A stretch of 64,000 nucleotides of DNA from Gammaproteobacteria bacterium (GTDB lineage: Bacteria > Pseudomonadota > Gammaproteobacteria > JAJPIJ01). The translations under genes were made by a program, and so were the position numbers. The stretch spans positions 9,505 to 73,504 of the forward strand of contig JAJPIJ010000042.1 of assembly GCA_021324815.1 (NCBI GenBank). Direction: 5' to 3'. The notes under the pieces were generated by a model, which was not told the origin of the DNA, ran no database searches, and worked only from the letters and a program-made list of their open reading frames with translations. Below are positions 30,432-39,365 of this stretch, piece after piece; positions within the stretch are counted from its first letter, which is position 1, and every line of letters begins with the position of its first letter.

Positions 30432-31661
30432 TCAGAACAGCGTCACCACAACCGAGGCGCCGACGCACAGAACGACCACGGCGATGGGCGGCACGCGCCA
30501 CCGCTCGAGCAGCAGCAGACCCGCCGCGGCGATGATCACGTCCCGGTAATCGCGCACGGAGGTCGTCCACACGGGGTTGTACAGCGCCGCGCCCAGCACG
30601 CCCACCACGGCGGCGTTGACGCCGGCCAGCGCCCCTTTCGCCGGCGGGGCGGCGTTGATGAGCGCCCACAGGCGCAGGCCGGCGACGGCGATCAAAAGAC
30701 CCGGCAGGAACATGAAACCGAGCGCAACGGCCGCGCCGGGCAGCATGCTTCCGTGGGGCGCGGTCACGGCGCCGAGGTAGGCGGCGACCGCGAACAACGG
30801 TCCCGGCATCGCCTGGGCGAAGCCGTAGCCGGCGAGGAAGGCGTCGTCCGTCATCCAGCCGCCCGGCACCAGCGCGTCACGCAGCAACGGCAGCACCACG
30901 TGCCCGCCGCCGAACACCAGCGCCCCGGCGCGGTAAAAAATATCCGCCAGCGCCGTCATCCCGCCGGGCGTCGACGCCGCCGCCAGCGGCAGGCCCGCCA
31001 GCAGGATGAGAAACAGCGCCAGCGCCGCTCCGGCGGCGCGATTGCCGATGGAACCGTGCAGGCGCACGGCCGGCCCGCGCACGTTCCGGCACCAGATCAG
31101 GCCGCCGACAGCGCCCAGAACAAGGACCCCCATCTGCATCAAGGTCCCGCCGTTGAACAATAATATGGCCATCGCCGTGACGGCGATGAGCGCGCGGGCG
31201 GGATCGGGGCAGAGTCGCCGCGCCATGCTCAAGACCGCCTGCGCCACGACCGCGACCGCCACCAGCTTGAGGCCGTGCAGCACGCCGCCCATCATCGAGT
31301 CCTGCACCCTGGGCGCGTACACCGCGAAAAGATACATCAGCAGCGCGGACGGCAGCGTGAAACCCAGAAAGGCCGCGATCGCGCCGGGCCATCCCGCGCG
31401 GCGGAGTCCGATTAGAAAGCCGACCTGGCTGCTGGCGGGGCCGGGCAGCAACTGGCAGAGCGCCACCAGCCCCGCGTATTCCTCCGCGCTAAGCCAGCGC
31501 CGCCGTTGGACGTAAGTGCGCTCGTAGTAGCCCAGATGCGCGATCGGCCCGCCGAACGAGGTCAGACCGAGCTTGAGCGCCTCGATCAGGACCTCCGCGG
31601 CACAGCCTTTCCCGGCGGTAATGCTCCGCGTGTCGCTTGCTTGGCGCGCGTCATCATTCAC
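30432..31661 (-). CDS. chrA: Chromate efflux transporter (long CHR family)
   Basis: LGLTSFGGPIAHLGY, CQLLPGPASSQ, VFGGGHVVLPLL, AQAMPGP. Confidence 0.92.
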   Translation of the reverse strand: MNDDARQASDTRSITAGKGCAAEVLIEALKLGLTSFGGPIAHLGYYERTYVQRRRWLSAEEYAGLVALCQLLPGPASSQVGFLIGLRRAGWPGAIAAFLGFTLPSALLMYLFAVYAPRVQDSMMGGVLHGLKLVAVAVVAQAVLSMARRLCPDPARALIAVTAMAILLFNGGTLMQMGVLVLGAVGGLIWCRNVRGPAVRLHGSIGNRAAGAALALFLILLAGLPLAAASTPGGMTALADIFYRAGALVFGGGHVVLPLLRDALVPGGWMTDDAFLAGYGFAQAMPGPLFAVAAYLGAVTAPHGSMLPGAAVALGFMFLPGLLIAVAGLRLWALINAAPPAKGALAGVNAAVVGVLGAALYNPVWTTSVRDYRDVIIAAAGLLLLERWRVPPIAVVVLCVGASVVVTLF

Positions 31662-31724
31662 GGAGTCATCTTAGAACAAATGGAGGTACGCCCCCAATGT
31701 GTACCGGCTGTTCGTGAAAATTTT

Positions 31725-32936
31725 CTACTCGGTTTTGGGATCGGGAATGCGGGTGAAGGCGATGCGCAACGGCGCCTCGCGCAGGGCGCGGTGGGCGCCG
31801 CCGAAGTAAACCGCGTTCTTGCCATGGCGCAGATTGAGTTTGTCGAGGCTCGCGGTGAGCGCGGCGCGCCTCGGCTCCTCGTCAAATAATCCAGGCGTGT
31901 GATGGGCCGCGTCCACCAGATTGAGCATGGTTACGCCCACGCGCATGAGTTTCGTGCGCAGCCGCGGACGCTGCTCCCACAGCGCGTTCAGGGCATGAAT
32001 TAATTCCAGCGTGTCCTGCGTCTCGCCGATGCGCATTTCCGTGTGCCAGCGCCGGCCTTCTGCGTAACTCAAGCCCAACGCCATGCCGGCGGCGTAGTAG
32101 CCCTGTTTGCGCAGCCGCATCGCCGCCTTTTGCGTCAGCCGGTGCAACACGGCGAAGGCGTCCTTGTCATTGCGCAAATCCGGCGGCAGGACATGCGAAT
32201 GGCCGAGCGTCACCTGCCCGGCGTGGGCCCGGCGCTCGACGCGTTCGCCGCGCAACTGCCGCCAGAATCGCTCGCCCTCGACGCCGCCCCAGACGTTGCG
32301 AAGTTTTTCCTTGCTCGCGTTGCATAACTTCTCGACGCTGGTGATACCGTGTTTGCGCAGCCGCGCCTCCATGCGCGGGCCGATGCCGTAGAGATCGCGC
32401 AGTTCGAGGCCGTACAGCGCCTGGGGGAGGGCATCGGGTTCGATGACCGTCAAGCCATCAGGTTTTTGCATGTCGCTCGCGGTCTTGGCGATGAAGACAT
32501 TGGGGCCGATGCCGATGGAGCACTTGAGGTACGGACTCACCTCTTTGGCGATGCTTTGCTTGACGCGCTTGGCCAGCGCCTCGGCGGTCGCGCGCTCGCG
32601 CCAACTGCCGGTGAGCTCGCACCACATCTCGTCGATGGACATCACCTCGGCGACCGGCGCGCAGCGCTCGACCGCGTCGATCAGTTTGTAGTGATACTCC
32701 ACATAGGTTTCATGCCGGGCCGGTACTATTTGCAGATCAGGGCACAGGCGCCTGGCGTCGCTGACGCGCGTGCCGGTCTTGACGCCATAGGCCCTGGCCT
32801 CGTAGCTCGCGGCGATTCAGCAGGTGGTGTCGGCCATCACCGGCACGACGGCCACGGGGCGGCCGCGCAGCTCTTCCTTTTCCGCCTGCTCCACGGAGGC
32901 GAAGTAGGAATTGAAATCCAGGAACAGCACGTTCAT
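31725..32936 (-). CDS. Y-family DNA polymerase (DinB/UmuC-like) with in-frame TGA at codon 40 (recoded or pseudogene)
   Basis: MNVLFLDFNSYFASVEQ...DTTC*IAASYEARAYGVKTG continues in frame into the track ORF containing SIDE, AKTASDMQKPDG, GIGPRM; TGA at 32817-32819. Confidence 0.85.
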
Positions 32937-33027
32937 GCAATCAAGGTAGCACAACAGATATGTATCGAAGTAACAGGTTGATTCAAAACGTCACGAGACA
33001 GCCAGGTGACAGTGGAAAATGGGAAAT

Positions 33028-33065
33028 CCCTCACCCGCTCACGCCGCCCTCTCCCGCAGCAGAGG
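33028..33065. repeat. Degenerate CCCTCTCCC-family REP-like element
   Basis: CCCTCACCCGCTCACGCCGCCCTCTCCCGCAGCAGAGG; right arm partly lost. Confidence 0.5.
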
Positions 33066-33067
33066 AA

Positions 33068-34030
33068 TCACTCGCGGGGGGCGATGAAAAGGCCGAAGGC
33101 CCGGCTGCCGTTTCCCGTTTTTATGCTTTGCGTGATTTCGAGGGTTTCGGTGTCGATCATATCCAGTTGATCGCCGAACCAGTTGGCGACGGCGACGCGC
33201 CGGCCGCCCGGCTCCAGCATGATGCCTTCCGGATAGCCGCTGACGTCGAGGGTCTTGATGACGGTGTTGGTCCTGAGATCGATCACCGACACGGTGTCGT
33301 CGTGCTGGTTGGTGACGAACAAATGTTGATGCACTGGATCGACGGCACTGGCGTAGGGGAACTCCTGCACGCCGACGGTAGCAGTGACTTTCAAGGTCGT
33401 AGCGTCGATGATGCTGATGCTGTTGTTCTGCACGTTTGCGGCGTAGAGCGTTTTGTCATCCGGTGACACAGTCACACCGAACGGCGCCTTGCCGGTCTGT
33501 ATCAGCGCTAGTTGTTTGTAGCTCCTCGTGTCGAACACGGCAAGATTGTTGTCATCGCGGTTGGTGACATACACGCGCGTGCCCTTGCTGTTGTAGGCGA
33601 TGCCGGAGGGCGACCTGCCGGTCGGGAAGGTCCTGGTAACGGCGAGTTTCCGGGTGTCAATGACGAATATCCTGTCGTCATACCAATCGGCCACCAACAG
33701 TGGATTGCCGCTGGGATGCAGGGCGATGCCGAGCGGCCCGCTGCCCGCGGGAATCGTCGCGATGACTTTTTGCGCGGCGGGGTCGATGACGGAAACAGTT
33801 TTGCCGACGGGGTTGGTGACATAAACACGGCTGTTGTCCGCCGCCGCCGCGACACCGGCCGGTTTCTCGCCGACCTTGATGGTGGCGATGGATTTGTTTT
33901 GCGCCAGATCAACGACCGAAATGGTGTTATCACCTTGATTGGTGACGTAGGCGAACGGCGCAGCCGGACTCGATTGCATCAGCAAAGACGCAGCGAGCGC
34001 TACCATTGGCATCGATCGGTGTGGCGTCAT
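33068..34030 (-). CDS. YVTN/YncE beta-propeller protein (MxaE-like), exported
   Basis: Signal peptide and about seven YVTN..D.T(I/V)SVID repeats. Confidence 0.85.
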   Translation of the reverse strand: MTPHRSMPMVALAASLLMQSSPAAPFAYVTNQGDNTISVVDLAQNKSIATIKVGEKPAGVAAAADNSRVYVTNPVGKTVSVIDPAAQKVIATIPAGSGPLGIALHPSGNPLLVADWYDDRIFVIDTRKLAVTRTFPTGRSPSGIAYNSKGTRVYVTNRDDNNLAVFDTRSYKQLALIQTGKAPFGVTVSPDDKTLYAANVQNNSISIIDATTLKVTATVGVQEFPYASAVDPVHQHLFVTNQHDDTVSVIDLRTNTVIKTLDVSGYPEGIMLEPGGRRVAVANWFGDQLDMIDTETLEITQSIKTGNGSRAFGLFIAPRE

Positions 34031-34061
34031 AAATTAGGAAAATTACAGCAAATCATTCAAG

Positions 34062-34098
34062 CCCGCCCACCCTGGCCCTCTCCCGCGAGGGGAGAGGG
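34062..34098. repeat. Intact CCCTCTCCC-family REP-like element
   Basis: CCCGCCCACCCTGG-CCCTCTCCC-GCGAG-GGGAGAGGG. Confidence 0.8.
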
Positions 34099-34104
34099 TG
34101 CAAT

Positions 34105-34140
34105 AAAAAACCCGCTCCACCTTGCGATAGAGCGGGTTTG
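34105..34140 (-). terminator. Rho-independent terminator after the SRPBCC gene
   Basis: Minus strand AAACCCGCTC-loop-GAGCGGGTTT followed by a T tract. Confidence 0.75.
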
Positions 34141-34159
34141 TTCTGACAACAATCCAAAA

Positions 34160-34705
34160 TTACTTCCCGCCGGCAAACAGGGCCTTGATCTTGCCGAGTC
34201 CGGCGTCGTAGATGCCGTTGATGGCGCTGGTCGCGGCCTCGTCGTCCTGGCCCTTCTTGGGATTGTTGGTGGGATCGACGCGATAAAAGCCGCCTTTCCA
34301 CGTGACCCTGGAGCCGCCCTTGCCGTCATCCTCGACCTGGATCTGCGAGGCGTAGTTGGCGACCGGCACCACGGCGGGGTCAACCTTGGTGATCTTGTAC
34401 TTGTAGAACATCTTGGCGTCATCGTACTTCAGCAATTCCTCGTCGATGGTTGGCCCCGTGTTGGGATCGTTCAGGCGCAGTTCGCGGGTGGCGCCGACGG
34501 CATTGCCGCCGCTGCCGGTGCACTTGGCGACCGCGGGATGCCATTTTTCGATGGCGCAGAAATCCTTGAGCAGTCCCCAGACCTTGGCCGGCGGGGCGTT
34601 GACGTCGACTTCCTTCTCCACCTTGAGGCGCGAGGGGCCGTGGGCCAGCGCCAGGGCGGGGGTGAGCAGCAGGGTGACAGCGAGGGACTTCAAAATCTTG
34701 GACAT
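34160..34705 (-). CDS. SRPBCC-family exported protein (MxaD-like)
   Basis: Signal peptide then HGPSRLKV, VWGLLKDF..WHPAV, GATRELRL, WKGGFYR, GIYDAGL; GGAGAG RBS. Confidence 0.8.
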   Translation of the reverse strand: MSKILKSLAVTLLLTPALALAHGPSRLKVEKEVDVNAPPAKVWGLLKDFCAIEKWHPAVAKCTGSGGNAVGATRELRLNDPNTGPTIDEELLKYDDAKMFYKYKITKVDPAVVPVANYASQIQVEDDGKGGSRVTWKGGFYRVDPTNNPKKGQDDEAATSAINGIYDAGLGKIKALFAGGK

Positions 34706-34813
34706 GACTCTCTCCATTCGGTGATGATTCAAGTTGTCTGGCGGCTGATGGGTCGCCGTGGGCGCATCATTGTACTGAAAATCAACCACCGTGGGTTGGA
34801 GTCGGCTTTGTTC

Positions 34814-35320
34814 ATGGGGTTCCGTGGATTTTTGATTGCCGCGCTGTTCGCTTCCGCGGCCTGGGCGCAGCCGCCGGAGCAGGCCATGCTGGCGGTTCAA
34901 ACCGCTGCCGGCGGGCGCGTCGAATTTCAGGTCGAAATCGCCGACACGCCGGGCAGGCGCCAGCAGGGACTGATGTCCCGCCGCGCGCTGGCCGGAAATG
35001 CCGGCATGCTGTTCATATTCGGGGAGGTCGGGCCGGTGTCGATGTGGATGAAGGGCACGTTGTTGTCGCTGGACGTGCTGTTTATCGACGATGACGGGCG
35101 CATCGTCCGCATTGCGCCCGAGACCTCGCCGGAATCGACGGCCTTGATTCCATCGGGCAAGCCGGTGCGGGCGGTGCTGGAGATCAACGCCGGCGTTTGC
35201 CGCCGGCTCGGCATCCGCGTAGGCGATCAGATCGACAGGGGCGCGCTCAGGGCCTGGTGGCCGGCGCCGTCAGCGCCGCAAACGCGGTACCGAAGCCCTT
35301 CAGCGATAGCGGCACCTTGA
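34814..35320 (+). CDS. DUF192 domain protein
   Basis: VEIADT..RQQGLM.R, GMLFIF, MWMKGT..LDVLFI, VLEINAG, GIRVGD. Confidence 0.88.
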   Translation: MGFRGFLIAALFASAAWAQPPEQAMLAVQTAAGGRVEFQVEIADTPGRRQQGLMSRRALAGNAGMLFIFGEVGPVSMWMKGTLLSLDVLFIDDDGRIVRIAPETSPESTALIPSGKPVRAVLEINAGVCRRLGIRVGDQIDRGALRAWWPAPSAPQTRYRSPSAIAAP

Positions 35321-35861
35321 CCTCCCGGCGGCCGGCGCCGTGAAATGCAACCTCCGCCTTGGCGCCCTTTTTGAGTTTGTCAAGGGTGGCGTCGTCCAGT
35401 CTGAGCACCGCCTTGCAACCATCGGGCTGGCAGATTTCATAGGGGAACGGCAGCAGCTCGCCCTCGTCGATTTTGAGCGACACGCCGGGCGGCAGCAGGA
35501 CCCCCAGCGGCAGGGTGAAGAGCGCAAAGGGCTGGTTCTGCTCCGGCGCCAATGCAATGATCACGCGCATAATAATTTGTCCGCCCTGCTTCAACGCCAA
35601 ATTTTGCTCGATGGCGCATTGCTTTTTGTTGTCCGCCTTGTCGCTGTTCTGATCCTTGTTTCCCGAGAGGAATTTGCACCGGTAAGTCCAGTTCTCGTAG
35701 GTCTTGGTTTCTACATTGGGCCTGTCGGCGGCGGTCTTGTCCTCTGATTTGGTCGTCTTGGATTCAGCGAGGATCTCCACCGGTGCGCAGATCAGACACA
35801 GGGTGAGCGCCAGTTTGAAAACCCGTTTGCAGCCTTCCTGCTCGGGCATGGAAGGATTCAT
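35247..35861 (-). CDS. Invasion-associated locus B (IalB) family protein
   Basis: YENWTYRC, LPLGVLLPPGV, C.PDGC.A, LKKG, LSLKGFGTA; start uncertain. Confidence 0.8.
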   Translation of the reverse strand: MNPSMPEQEGCKRVFKLALTLCLICAPVEILAESKTTKSEDKTAADRPNVETKTYENWTYRCKFLSGNKDQNSDKADNKKQCAIEQNLALKQGGQIIMRVIIALAPEQNQPFALFTLPLGVLLPPGVSLKIDEGELLPFPYEICQPDGCKAVLRLDDATLDKLKKGAKAEVAFHGAGRREVKVPLSLKGFGTAFAALTAPATRP

Positions 35862-35933
35862 GTCGATCCCTGTGATGTGGAGTGGGCGGCAGCCTAGCAG
35901 CAAGACCGTTTCGCGGCAACCCGTCGCGCCCCT

Positions 35934-35960
35934 CAACCCTTTCCGCCGCCGCCCGCGTTT
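35934..35960 (+). promoter_or_regulatory. Putative ECF sigma promoter
   Basis: CAACCC...CGTTT (AAC-N18-CGT) upstream of the operon that encodes the ECF sigma factor. Confidence 0.45.
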
Positions 35961-35998
35961 ATAGGGGGACACTCACCTTGTATTGAAAGGAGTTTGTC

Positions 35999-36805
35999 AT
36001 GAACTTGAAAGCAGTGGCTTTGGCGGTATTGATGGCGACTCTGGCGCAGCAGGCCCAGGCGATCGGCTCGCTCACTGACATCAGCATATATGATCGACGG
36101 GAGCACCGGACGCTGCCGGTCTATGAGCACGACGGCCGCTATTACGTCGCGGGCCGGCCGGGCAATGAATACCAGATCAATCTCCGCAACCAGAGCGGTG
36201 GCGACGTGCTGACGGTCATCTCGGTCGACGGCGTCAACGCCGTCACCGGCGAGACCGCCGGCTGGGGCCAGACCGGCTACGTGCTGGGCGCGGGCGCGTC
36301 GGCGGAGATCGCCGGCTGGCGCAAGAGCCAGGATCGGATCGCCGCGTTCTACTTCACGCGCCTGCCGGATTCCTACGCGGCCCGCACCGACCGGCCGGAC
36401 AATGCCGGCGTCATCGGCGTGGCGGTGTTCCGCCGCAAGATCGAACCGCCGCCCGTGCCGTATCCGGCATTCGGCCGCGAGGACGGGCGCGGCTACTACG
36501 ACGGCGGGGCCGCCGCCGGCGAGGCCGCCGCTTCCAGCGCGCTGGCGAATCAGGCGCCGGCCGCGCCGCGCTCCGACGCCCCCGAACGCAAGGCCATGCG
36601 CGACGGAAGCCGGCTTGGCACCGGTCACGGCCGCGGCGAGTATTCCCATGTCACCTACACGGACTTCGAACGCGCCACCGAAGCGCCCGCCGAGATCATC
36701 TCCATCTATTACGACAGCTACAGCAACCTGGTGGCGCAGGGCGTGATCCCGTCCCGGCCGCCGGCGATCCGCCCCTTTCCCGGCAATTTCGTCCCGGATC
36801 CGTGA
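35999..36805 (+). CDS. Exported hypothetical protein
   Basis: AAGGAG RBS, signal peptide, SVDGVNAVTG, GWRKS, GVIGVAVF, LGTGHG motifs. Confidence 0.75.
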   Translation: MNLKAVALAVLMATLAQQAQAIGSLTDISIYDRREHRTLPVYEHDGRYYVAGRPGNEYQINLRNQSGGDVLTVISVDGVNAVTGETAGWGQTGYVLGAGASAEIAGWRKSQDRIAAFYFTRLPDSYAARTDRPDNAGVIGVAVFRRKIEPPPVPYPAFGREDGRGYYDGGAAAGEAAASSALANQAPAAPRSDAPERKAMRDGSRLGTGHGRGEYSHVTYTDFERATEAPAEIISIYYDSYSNLVAQGVIPSRPPAIRPFPGNFVPDP

Positions 36806-36859
36806 GGGGCGGCGCGGAGGGTGGATTTTGCCCACGGATACCGCGCCTCCGCTACACTG

Positions 36860-37444
36860 ATGTATGTGGATGCCGGGGCCGCCAGTGACGAGGACTTGAT
36901 GCTGCGCTACGCCGCGGGTCAGGCGGTGGCCTTCGACGCGCTGTACCGGCGCCACAAGGGCGGCATATATCGCTACTTCCTCCGCCAGCTCCGGGATCGG
37001 TCGCTGGCGGAGGAATTGTTCCAGGACGTGTGGCTGAACCTGATCAACGCGCGCGGCCGCTACCGCGTACAGGCGAAGTTCACGACCTGGCTGTACGCGC
37101 TGGCGCACAACCGCCTCATGGATCATTATCGCCGCCGGCGGGGCGTGGTGGCGATCAGTTTCGCCGCGCCCGAGGATGAGGAGAGGAGTGACACGCCGGA
37201 ACCCGCGGCGGCGGAGTCGGAGCAGCCGGAGCGTCGGCTGGAGGCGCAGCGGCAACTGGCGCGGTTGATCGCATTGGTCGAAAATCTGCCAATGGCGCAG
37301 CGCGAGGCGTTTTTGTTGCATGAAGAAGGCGGCCTCGGGATCGACGAGATCGCCGAGGCCACCGGCGTCAACCGCGAGACCGCCAAGAGCCGCCTGCGTT
37401 ACGCCGTCGCCAAACTGAAGGCGGGGATGGGGGATTGCCTATGA
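36860..37444 (+). CDS. ECF sigma-70 factor
   Basis: SDEDLMLRY, AFDALYRRH, AEELFQDVW, FTTWLY, QREAFLL, ETAKSRLRYA; start 36821 or 36860. Confidence 0.92.
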   Translation: MYVDAGAASDEDLMLRYAAGQAVAFDALYRRHKGGIYRYFLRQLRDRSLAEELFQDVWLNLINARGRYRVQAKFTTWLYALAHNRLMDHYRRRRGVVAISFAAPEDEERSDTPEPAAAESEQPERRLEAQRQLARLIALVENLPMAQREAFLLHEEGGLGIDEIAEATGVNRETAKSRLRYAVAKLKAGMGDCL

Positions 37445-38187
37445 CCGACGCCAGGGACAAAGACGGGGAATTGGACAATCATCTGCGCGGCGGATCGGCG
37501 CTGTCGCGGCAATACGGCGCAGCCTCGACCGAGACGCCGCCCGCCGGGATCGACGCGCGCATACTCGCCGCCGCCCGGCAGGCGCTGCAGGCCGGCCCGT
37601 CGCCGCGGCCGGTGAGGAAAAGATCATGGCGATGGCGGGTCCCCGTGGCGGCCGTCGCCGCGATCGTTTTGAGCGTCACGCTCACCCTGCGTCTTGAGGA
37701 ACAGAAGACGCACGAGCAATCCGTGCTGCAGGAAGCCGCCGCTCCCGCGGCTGTTGAAGCCAAACGCGCCGCGGAATCCGCGGCGCGTGTCGTCGGGACG
37801 GATGAGCGGAAGGATCGTCTGAACGCGGGAGCCCCGCCGTTGCCGCGGGAGAAGACGGCGACACCGGCTGAATCCGCCGCTGTTCCGGCGGCGCCCGTGG
37901 AAAGCGCGGCCGGTTCACTGGCGCGACCCCTGCGCGATGAGTCGCTGTCAAGGGGAGCGGAAGGAGCACGCAAACCAAAACAGGAATTGTTTCAGGAATT
38001 CAACGCGCCGGTGATGAAACCGCCGGCCTCGCCGGTGGTTCAACCGCCGGAGTTCAGGACGCCGGAAGCCTGGCTCGATCACATCCGCGAATTGCGCAAG
38101 GCGGGCAGGCTCGCGGAGGCGGCCGCCGTCCTCGATCAGTTCAAGAAGGCCCATCCAGACTACGCGCTGCCCGCCGATTTGCGCTGA
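37441..38187 (+). CDS. Putative membrane anti-sigma factor
   Basis: ATGA overlap with the sigma gene; PPA..DARILAAAR, one TM segment, C-terminal PEAWLDHIRELR..HPDY. Confidence 0.65.
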   Translation: MTDARDKDGELDNHLRGGSALSRQYGAASTETPPAGIDARILAAARQALQAGPSPRPVRKRSWRWRVPVAAVAAIVLSVTLTLRLEEQKTHEQSVLQEAAAPAAVEAKRAAESAARVVGTDERKDRLNAGAPPLPREKTATPAESAAVPAAPVESAAGSLARPLRDESLSRGAEGARKPKQELFQEFNAPVMKPPASPVVQPPEFRTPEAWLDHIRELRKAGRLAEAAAVLDQFKKAHPDYALPADLR

Positions 38188-38191
38188 AAAA

Positions 38192-38665
38192 TCATCGCTG
38201 CTTCAATTGCGTCCACCAGTCCGGCAGGCGCAGATCGGTGAACACGTCGTCGCTATCGTAGGGTTTGATGTCGAGCACCGGCGTGCCGTCATACGCGTCC
38301 AGCCGCCGCACCCTGAGCCTGGTGCCCTCGCGTCCCAGCAGCTCCACGACCGCGAGACCGATGGGATTGGGCCGGTCGCGGCCGCGGGCGGCGAACACGC
38401 CCTGCAAGGGGATGTCTTCGCGCCCGCGCGGATGCGTTTGCAGCTTCATCCGCGCGCGGTCGTCGACCTTGTGCATGTAAAACAGGACGAACAGGTGCGA
38501 CCAGTGTTCGATGCCCTCCAGCGCCGGCGCGCAGGCCTCGTCGATGATGATCTCCGACTCCAGCGTGCGGCGCAGGCGCGGAATGTCGGCGTCGGCCGCC
38601 GCCGTGCGCACGTGGCCGATGGGCCGCAGGGTGATTGAGGACGGCGTGGATTTATGTCGGGACAT
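38192..38665 (-). CDS. tRNA m6t6A37 methyltransferase TrmO/TsaA-like
   Basis: LRPIG, GVFAARGRDRPNPIGL, LDAYDGTPVLDIKPY. Confidence 0.85.
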   Translation of the reverse strand: MSRHKSTPSSITLRPIGHVRTAAADADIPRLRRTLESEIIIDEACAPALEGIEHWSHLFVLFYMHKVDDRARMKLQTHPRGREDIPLQGVFAARGRDRPNPIGLAVVELLGREGTRLRVRRLDAYDGTPVLDIKPYDSDDVFTDLRLPDWWTQLKQR

Positions 38666-39365
38666 CGCCGGTCAATATTCTGTGCACGTCGTGGGTCATG
38701 ATCGCGAGATACGCGGTGAGTCCGAGATACCAGAGGCCGTAATGGATGCGCGTCCGCATCGGCACATCGTAGTAGCGCGCCGGCATGGCGCCCTCGCCGC
38801 GCAGCGTGGCGAGCAGATGCGGCAGGGCCAGGATGGCGATCAGGATCAGCATGGGGCTGGGATTCAGCAAAAACAGGCCGAGCAGCGCCGGCGCGCCCAG
38901 CCACCAGATTTTGGGCGACAGGATGGCGGTGATGCGGCCGCCGTCCAGCGGCGACAGCGGGATGAGATTGAACAGGTTGATCATGAAGCCGGCGTAGGCC
39001 AGCGCCATCAGCAGGCCGCTTTGCTGCTCGCGCGCCAGCGCGTAGCACAACACCGAGGCGATGGTGCCGGCGACCGGCCCGGCGATGCCGACGTAGGCCT
39101 CGGTCTCCACGTCATGCGGGATCTCCTTCATCTGGATCCAGGCGCCGACGAAGGGGATGAAGGTCGGCGCGCCGACCTTGAGACCGCGTTGCCGCGCGGC
39201 GAGGAAGTGCCCCATCTCGTGGAAGAAGATGAGCAGCACGAAACCGACCGAATAGCGCCAGCCGAAGAGAAGGGAATAGGTCAGCATCGACAGCAGCATG
39301 GTGCCGCTGGTGGTCAGCACCGGGCCGAGCTTGAGCGCCTTCAGCAGCAGGAACAGGACCTTCAC
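38652..39365 (-). CDS. Site-2 protease family (M50) membrane metalloprotease
   Basis: HEMGH, FIPFVGA, AGP, NLFNLIPLSPLDGG; GTG start overlaps the DUF2167 stop. Confidence 0.88.
   Translation of the reverse strand: MKVLFLLLKALKLGPVLTTSGTMLLSMLTYSLLFGWRYSVGFVLLIFFHEMGHFLAARQRGLKVGAPTFIPFVGAWIQMKEIPHDVETEAYVGIAGPVAGTIASVLCYALAREQQSGLLMALAYAGFMINLFNLIPLSPLDGGRITAILSPKIWWLGAPALLGLFLLNPSPMLILIAILALPHLLATLRGEGAMPARYYDVPMRTRIHYGLWYLGLTAYLAIMTHDVHRILTGDVPT

Noticed and set aside
31661..31725. Possible fluoride riboswitch or alpha-type LexA box between the polymerase and chrA
   Set aside because: Only a short hairpin; GAAC-N8-GTAC has the wrong spacing and lies downstream of the polymerase
32937..33030. 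SOS box upstream of the Y-family polymerase
   Set aside because: No CTGT-N8-ACAG palindrome found
33512..34813. Long N-terminal extension of the 602-aa plus-strand ORF
   Set aside because: Antisense to the YVTN and SRPBCC genes; only the DUF192 part from 34814 is credible
35247..35320. 74-nt convergent overlap of DUF192 and ialB-like genes (also 38 nt at 13450-13487)
   Set aside because: Most simply a drifted stop codon in GC-rich DNA; no sign of function
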